Positions 58,800-64,000 of a stretch of 64,000 nucleotides of DNA are shown here, one piece after another. The stretch's first letter is position 1. Each line of letters starts with the position of its first letter. Origin of the DNA: an uncultured Marinoscillum sp. (GTDB lineage Bacteria; Bacteroidota; Bacteroidia; Cytophagales; MED-G16); contig CAYXSW010000001.1 in the NCBI GenBank assembly GCA_964467915.1, forward strand, positions 1,291 to 65,290, given 5' to 3'. The notes under the pieces are model-generated. The model was given only the letters and a program-made list of their open reading frames with translations, was not told where the DNA came from and did no database searches. The position numbers were made by a program, and so were the translations under genes.

Positions 58800-59856
58800 C
58801 TTTCATTTTTTCAGCATTTTCAGCAATTCTAAGCTTTTCTGTAAAAGAAAACAAACCACCAGAAACAATCTCAGGGAGGTTATAAACCGTGTGGTTAATT
58901 CTATGGTCTGTTACTCTACCCTGAGGATAGTTGTACGTTCGGATTTTATCTGAACGATCCCCAGAGCCGACCATTATTTTTCTCTTTCCCGCTATTTCGT
59001 CGTTTTGTTTTTTTATTTCAATTTCATAAAGTTTAGACCGCAAGACCTTCATCGCTTTGTCATAGTTTGCGTGTTGAGACCTTCCATCTTGACACTCAAC
59101 AACAACCCCTGTTGGTTCGTGGGTTAACCTTACAGCAGACTCGGTTTTGTTTACATGTTGACCACCAGCGCCAGAAGCTCTATACGTGTCTTTTCTTATA
59201 TCCACGGTGTTTATTTCCAACTCTACATCTTCAGCTTCTGGTAAAACAGCGACAGTTGCCGCGGATGTGTGGACACGACCTTGAGTTTCTGTGTTAGGAA
59301 CCCTTTGGACCCGGTGGGTGCCCGCCTCAAACTTTAGTTTACCATAAACATCTTCTCCCTCTATCGAACACACAATTTCTTTATAACCCCCAGAAGAACC
59401 TTCATTAAAACTAATAACATTTAATTTCCACTTGTTTTTCTCAGAATATAACTGATACATTCTTAATAAATCTCCAGCAAAAATAGCAGCCTCATCCCCA
59501 CCAGCACCAGCTCTAATTTCAAGTATAACATTTTTTTCATCGTTTGGATCTTTAGGAATAAGCAACAACTTTAACCCCTCTTCTTCTTTTGTTTTTTTTA
59601 CACCTAACTCTTCAAGTTCTTTTTTAGCTATCTCCCGAAACTCCTCATCCTTCTCTGTTTCAATAATTTTTTTTGCCTCTTTTACCCCTAATAAAGTAGC
59701 CTTATAAGAATCAAACTTTTCAACAATTTTTCCTAAAGACTTATACTCTTTATTTAGTTTTGTGAAAACCTTTAGGTTAGATACCGTTTCTGGTTTAGAA
59801 AGCTCCCCCTCAACCTCATCATATCTTTTTTTTAACTCCTCTAGCTTGTCTATCAT
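58783..59856 (-). CDS. prfA: Peptide chain release factor 1
   Basis: ATG 59856 gives [18 protein letters not shown] motif [16 protein letters not shown]. Codon-recognition tripeptide reads PNT (59290-59298). Confidence 0.97.
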   Translation of the reverse strand: MIDKLEELKKRYDEVEGELSKPETVSNLKVFTKLNKEYKSLGKIVEKFDSYKATLLGVKEAKKIIETEKDEEFREIAKKELEELGVKKTKEEEGLKLLLIPKDPNDEKNVILEIRAGAGGDEAAIFAGDLLRMYQLYSEKNKWKLNVISFNEGSSGGYKEIVCSIEGEDVYGKLKFEAGTHRVQRVPNTETQGRVHTSAATVAVLPEAEDVELEINTVDIRKDTYRASGAGGQHVNKTESAVRLTHEPTGVVVECQDGRSQHANYDKAMKVLRSKLYEIEIKKQNDEIAGKRKIMVGSGDRSDKIRTYNYPQGRVTDHRINHTVYNLPEIVSGGLFSFTEKLRIAENAEKMKVGLGG

Positions 59857-59949
59857 TTTTATTCTTTTTAACAACTAATATAAAAACCTCACACTAATTA
59901 ATTTCATAAATCGTATATTAATAAATTATTTTTTAAAACAAACAAAAAC

Positions 59950-60780
59950 ATGATTGTAAGAATTTTTGTTCTTTTTTCTTTAACAACACTAATTGTTTTG
60001 CCTCGGGTTTTTTCTCAATCAAAGAACAAAACGACTGATTTTGTTTTGCAAAAAAGCATAGTGGTTTATTCTTTAGAAAACAAAGAAAAAGAAAACGAGA
60101 CAATTTCTAAAATTCACAAAAACCTAATCTCTGCGGGTATTGATGTTGTTAATTATATTGACACCTTAAACATTCAAACCTCAAAAGAAACAACAAAAGC
60201 TATGTTGAGGTATCTTAAATCTAGAGAGGTTTATAACACAATTGTTTTTTCTGAAAAAAACAAATCAATTCAATTTTACGGTTTAAATTTTTTTGAAGAA
60301 CAAACACCAGCACCCAATTTGGTTGTTTCTGGAGACTCTGTTTTTAATTTATTAAAAAGAAAAATTGTTAAATCTAAATCAAAACAAAAGAACTTCCTTT
60401 TTTCTCCCCAACCAGAGGTTTTGTTAAAAGTTAAAATAAAACCGTTTGGTAGAATTTTAAGAAAACCAAACACCTCAAAAGACAAAATAGGAGTAATAAA
60501 AAAATTAAAATTAGACCTACCAGAAAACATATCTTTTGTTGAAGAAAAAGATGATTATCGGTTTTATTTTTCAAACGGGATCAATTACGTGTTACATTTT
60601 TATGAAGGAACAGAATATTTTATACAAAAAACATATGGTCTTAACAACCTAAACCCAAACTCCAACAAAAAAATTTTAGTTTTAGCCTTAGAGCACACCG
60701 CTACACGAAACAAATATTTCTACACCAACAACAACATCACAAAAAAAGAAGAGCTTTTATTAGATTTTTTGTCAAACTAA
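59950..60780 (+). CDS. Hypothetical secreted protein
   Basis: 276 aa. Signal peptide MIVRIFVLFSLTTLIVLPRVFSQ. Lys-rich, no motif recognised. Confidence 0.45.
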   Translation: MIVRIFVLFSLTTLIVLPRVFSQSKNKTTDFVLQKSIVVYSLENKEKENETISKIHKNLISAGIDVVNYIDTLNIQTSKETTKAMLRYLKSREVYNTIVFSEKNKSIQFYGLNFFEEQTPAPNLVVSGDSVFNLLKRKIVKSKSKQKNFLFSPQPEVLLKVKIKPFGRILRKPNTSKDKIGVIKKLKLDLPENISFVEEKDDYRFYFSNGINYVLHFYEGTEYFIQKTYGLNNLNPNSNKKILVLALEHTATRNKYFYTNNNITKKEELLLDFLSN

Positions 60781-61313
60781 AAACTAAGCTTTTTATTTAC
60801 AAAAGGAACGAGAGACATAATGACAGCTTCAGTGTAATATTTTGATCTATCTATTATCCCATTTGTTAATATACCAACAGCACCATCTTTATGTTTGGAG
60901 TTTTTTCTTTTAAAAACAACATCATCAGCCTCACCAAGCTCTACCCCTTTTTCTATAAGGGTTTGAATTTCTTTTGGTAGTTGAAACAACGATGTTTTAC
61001 CCAAACCTTTTCTTTTTTTTGATAATGTTACAACCCAAGCAAAGGCAAATAACACACCACCCTCATATGAGCACCCACCCTCAATACCAATATGGTAATC
61101 AGCGGACTTATTGGTTATGTTTTTTGCTCTGTTTGTGGCCCCTTTTTTTGTTTCAATACAAGACATTGGTTGGTCTGAAACCAGAGATGGTGTTTTTTCT
61201 CCCGACACAATAATTTTTGATTTTGGAAAAACAACACTAAAAGCCGTATAAACAGCATTTATTTTTGTGGGGTTTTTTGACCCAACGAGAACCGTTAATT
61301 TATTTGCACCCAA
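60777..61313 (-). CDS. yjjX: Inosine/xanthosine triphosphatase (YjjX/DUF84 NTPase family)
   Basis: 178 aa. N-terminal VGSKNPTKINAV, SDQPMS..ETKKGATNRA and IGIEGG, as in YjjX-type non-canonical NTPases. Confidence 0.78.
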   Translation of the reverse strand: MGANKLTVLVGSKNPTKINAVYTAFSVVFPKSKIIVSGEKTPSLVSDQPMSCIETKKGATNRAKNITNKSADYHIGIEGGCSYEGGVLFAFAWVVTLSKKRKGLGKTSLFQLPKEIQTLIEKGVELGEADDVVFKRKNSKHKDGAVGILTNGIIDRSKYYTEAVIMSLVPFVNKKLSF

Positions 61314-61795
61314 TTTTCTTTTTTGTTTTTGTTAAACGTTAGAGTTTTTTTCGTTTTGTTAATTTTAACCCCAACAATGTTTGTTTGTTCTTCTAGAACA
61401 TCAAATAAAACGGTGTTTTTAATTGATAGGGTTTTTTCATCAAAGGTTTCTTCTATTTTAAACACAACATTAGCCGTCTCAGTATAATCACTTCCTTCAA
61501 AAACAAAGCGGTCTAAAACCAAACTTTTCTTTTTTCCATCAACAGAAACAACAAAGTTTTTTTGAATATAATTAATAATATCACTCTTTTGTTTGTCGGA
61601 TAAATCTTTTGAATAACCAACAAACCCTAGCGCATCAAATATATCATCTTTAAACGCTCTCATTGAAAAAAAAGAGCTCTCATTTTTTTGATAGACATTG
61701 CACACACTAACATACACCGCATGTGAATAAGAGAAAAAAGAGGAAAAATAAAACAGTAAAAAAACGCAGTAAAAAAACGATTTTTTATAAACCAT
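61295..61795 (-). CDS. Small secreted protein of unknown function (DUF6702-like), paralogue B
   Basis: 166 aa. Signal peptide MVYKKSFFYCVFLLFYFSSFFSYS|HAVYVSV. Aligns with the 29593-30075 product (H-x-x-YVSV, F-x-DD-x-x-x-AL, NY(L/I)...(N/D)G-x-KK, LF...Q-x-N). Overlaps the M28 gene by 11 nt and yjjX by 19 nt. Confidence 0.6.
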   Translation of the reverse strand: MVYKKSFFYCVFLLFYFSSFFSYSHAVYVSVCNVYQKNESSFFSMRAFKDDIFDALGFVGYSKDLSDKQKSDIINYIQKNFVVSVDGKKKSLVLDRFVFEGSDYTETANVVFKIEETFDEKTLSIKNTVLFDVLEEQTNIVGVKINKTKKTLTFNKNKKENWVQIN

Positions 61796-63170
61796 ATTTA
61801 TCTATTAGATAAACCAAAGAAGCCACTGAAGCTGTCCCTAATTCTAACTCTCTAGCATTAACCAACTCAAAAACATCTTTGGCGGTATGGTGCATTTCAA
61901 AATACTTTTGACCATCTATACTTAAACCAAACATTGGTGTTCCTGTTTTTCTATGAAGAGGACCAATGTCAGCACCACCACCACCTTTTGAAAAGTATGA
62001 TATTGTGTTTTTGTCAAAATATTTAAGCCAGTCTTGAATTTTTTTATGTTGTTCGTCGCTGCCAGAAAAACCAAATCCCCTAGGAACGTACCCACTAGCA
62101 TCACTTTCTATTGCTGCAATGTGTTTTTCGTTTTCCATCACAGCAACATCAGCATACTTATGCCCTCCCTTTAATCCATTTTCTTCATTCATAAACATTA
62201 CAGCTCTAATTGTGTTATTCGGTTTAATTTTTTGTTTTTGAAACAACCGAAGAGCACCAATAGAGTGAACACAACCAGCACCATCATCATGCGCCCCCTC
62301 ACCAACATCCCAAGAATCAAGGTGACCCCCAACTGTAATTATTTTTTCAGGGTTTTTCCTTCCTTTAAGCTCACCAACAACATTGTGAGATAAAGCGTCC
62401 AGAAACCACTTACCTGATAACTTAACAGTTAGTTTTAAGTTTGGGTTTTCTTTTAATGCTTTAGATAGTTTCTCTGAAGATAAAACACCCAAACCCCCAT
62501 GGGGAATACTATCCAAACCCTCTTTATAAGACATACCCCCAGTATGAGGAAAGTCTTCGTATGTGGATGAAGACAAAGATCTAAAAACAGAAGCTAACGC
62601 CCCATGTTCTGCAGCTTTTACCGCCCCAGATCTTCTTTGAAACCCAGTTTGACCGTATGAGGCTCCTTGATTAACATACCTTTGGTTGAACGCTTTGTTA
62701 TAAAACACAATTTTTCCTTCAATTTTTTCTCTACCCAACTCATCCACCTCATCCAATGATGCTACCTCAACAACACCAGCTGTTATTCCTTCTTTTGGGG
62801 TAGAAACTGTACCTCCAGCTCCTAATATTGATAGATTAATCTTTTCTTTTCCACTATAAAAATAAGCTTCTTCAACCTTACCTCTTTCCCAATGGGGGAC
62901 CATCACCTCTTGTAGGTATACTGTATCAAAGCCATAACTTTCCATTACCCCTTTAGACCAAGACACTGCTTTTTTTGCACCCTCAGACCCGCTTAATCTA
63001 GCCCCAACATCCTTAGAAAGACTTCTTAGTAATTCATAACTTTCTCTAAACTCAAGCGCATCACCATAAAAAGTTGTTATTACATCCGATGTTTTTTGGT
63101 CAAAAGGAATGTGGTTTGTTTTGCAAGAAAACAAAGAAAAAGATAATAAGATTAGTATAAGTTTTTTCAT
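61785..63170 (-). CDS. M28-family aminopeptidase lipoprotein with PA domain
   Basis: 461 aa. Lipoprotein signal LILILLSFSLFSCKTN. Zinc-site motifs GGHLDSWDVGEGAHDDGAG and MFMNEENGLKGG. Confidence 0.9.
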   Translation of the reverse strand: MKKLILILLSFSLFSCKTNHIPFDQKTSDVITTFYGDALEFRESYELLRSLSKDVGARLSGSEGAKKAVSWSKGVMESYGFDTVYLQEVMVPHWERGKVEEAYFYSGKEKINLSILGAGGTVSTPKEGITAGVVEVASLDEVDELGREKIEGKIVFYNKAFNQRYVNQGASYGQTGFQRRSGAVKAAEHGALASVFRSLSSSTYEDFPHTGGMSYKEGLDSIPHGGLGVLSSEKLSKALKENPNLKLTVKLSGKWFLDALSHNVVGELKGRKNPEKIITVGGHLDSWDVGEGAHDDGAGCVHSIGALRLFQKQKIKPNNTIRAVMFMNEENGLKGGHKYADVAVMENEKHIAAIESDASGYVPRGFGFSGSDEQHKKIQDWLKYFDKNTISYFSKGGGGADIGPLHRKTGTPMFGLSIDGQKYFEMHHTAKDVFELVNARELELGTASVASLVYLIDKYGL

Positions 63171-63176
63171 ATTTTT

Positions 63177-64000
63177 TTAGTTTCTGTAGTTTAAAGCTGG
63201 CTTTCTATTTCCAATTAAAGAATTATAAATATAGTTTTTGCCTCTCTTATTTTCAAACTCTTTTCGAGCTTCTTCAATAACATTAGGGTTGTTTATTACC
63301 TCATAAATAGAAGAGCTTAAAATTTTTGCGGCGTTGATCATACCTTTATAACCTATTGAGGTGCCGGTACACGAAGCAGCTTGCCAAGAATGACCAGGTG
63401 TGCCGGGGACGTAGGTTGCTGTTGAAAAACCAACCGTTGGAACAACCCAACTTACATCACCCACATCTGTTGACCCACCTCCTTTGGTAGACAGGTTTAT
63501 TGTAAAAGGAGTAACAACCTCAGACGCGTCTATGTTTTTTTTATTTTTTAAGGTTGCTTTAATTTTTTCAGCGTATTCTTTTTCTTCTTTATTATAAAAA
63601 ACACCTCCTGTTTTTGAGAGTTCTTTGTAAACGATTTTTTGAAGCGTTTCGTTTGGTAAAATATTATATACGCCGCCGGTAACCTCAAAATCTACTAACG
63701 TTTGTGTTCCGGTTGCCGCGCCTTCTGCACAAAGCTCAATTCTTTTCCACATTTTTCTTACCTCTTCTGGATCGGGGTGCCTAACATAATAATAACCCTC
63801 TGTAAAATTAGGAACCACATTTGGAGCATCCCCGCCTTTAGTTATTATATAGTGAATTCTACTTTCTTGGTCTATATGTTCTCTCATTAGGTTAACCATG
63901 TTGTTCATTGCTTCCAAACCATCTAACGCAGACCGCCCTTGTTCTGGTGCGCTTGCGGCATGAGAGGAAACACCATAAAACCTAAACTTCCCTGTTTTGT
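63177..64000 (-). CDS. M20-family amidohydrolase (AbgB-like), N-terminus beyond window end
   Basis: The reading frame stays open upstream of the ORF-track TTG (63917). Hand translation of 63918-63998 gives ...KTGKFRFYGVSSHAASAPEQGRSALDGLEAMNN..., typical of M20 amidohydrolases. Confidence 0.85.
   Translation of the reverse strand, partial: KTGKFRFYGVSSHAASAPEQGRSALDGLEAMNNMVNLMREHIDQESRIHYIITKGGDAPNVVPNFTEGYYYVRHPDPEEVRKMWKRIELCAEGAATGTQTLVDFEVTGGVYNILPNETLQKIVYKELSKTGGVFYNKEEKEYAEKIKATLKNKKNIDASEVVTPFTINLSTKGGGSTDVGDVSWVVPTVGFSTATYVPGTPGHSWQAASCTGTSIGYKGMINAAKILSSSIYEVINNPNVIEEARKEFENKRGKNYIYNSLIGNRKPALNYRN

Noticed and set aside
1-64000. Search for rRNA, tRNA, CRISPR arrays, transposases, integrases, phage or defence-system genes
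   Set aside because: No intergenic stretch is long or GC-rich enough for a tRNA or rRNA. I saw no direct-repeat/spacer array, and no ORF carries recombinase, transposase, nuclease-helicase defence or phage structural motifs.

Overview
AT-rich (about one-third GC by eye, not computed), very compact segment (about 97% coding by my tally). Gene content and style fit a streamlined, probably marine, Flavobacteriia (Bacteroidota) chromosome. Supporting signs are TonB-dependent receptors with carboxypeptidase-regulatory N-domains, a GldJ/GldK-like lipoprotein, a bacterial GH3 homologue, A-rich rather than Shine-Dalgarno start contexts, and one TTTG/TAnnTTTG-type promoter candidate. I support about 57 protein genes. 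I see no rRNA, tRNA, CRISPR array, transposase, integrase or phage/defence genes. Most genes are housekeeping: fumC, map, lptB, glmM, mazG, rluD, pheA, glyA, tatC, rpiB, rbfA, polA, mfd, ybeY, mnmG, prfA and a fadB/thiolase pair. Two accessory themes stand out. (1) An iron-acquisition locus at 2950-11847: two TonB-dependent receptors flank an HmuY-like lipoprotein and converge on an FbpABC-type Fe3+ importer. An identical 15-nt motif sits just upstream of two of its start codons. (2) Many exported metallopeptidases: an HEVGH Zn-protease, M1, M28, M20, and a 950-aa MA-clan/beta-propeller/beta-barrel protein. Two paralogous small secreted proteins of unknown function (I recall the family as DUF6702) are each tightly coupled to one of these peptidases. 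One copy also lies next to a HupE/UreJ metal permease. Both paralogues are predicted to mature to an N-terminal histidine. This candidate extracytoplasmic metal-supply module is my best guess for an undescribed system, and it remains a hypothesis. Nine of ten convergent gene junctions overlap at their 3' ends and have no terminator. All homology calls come from motifs read in the supplied translations. No database search was run.
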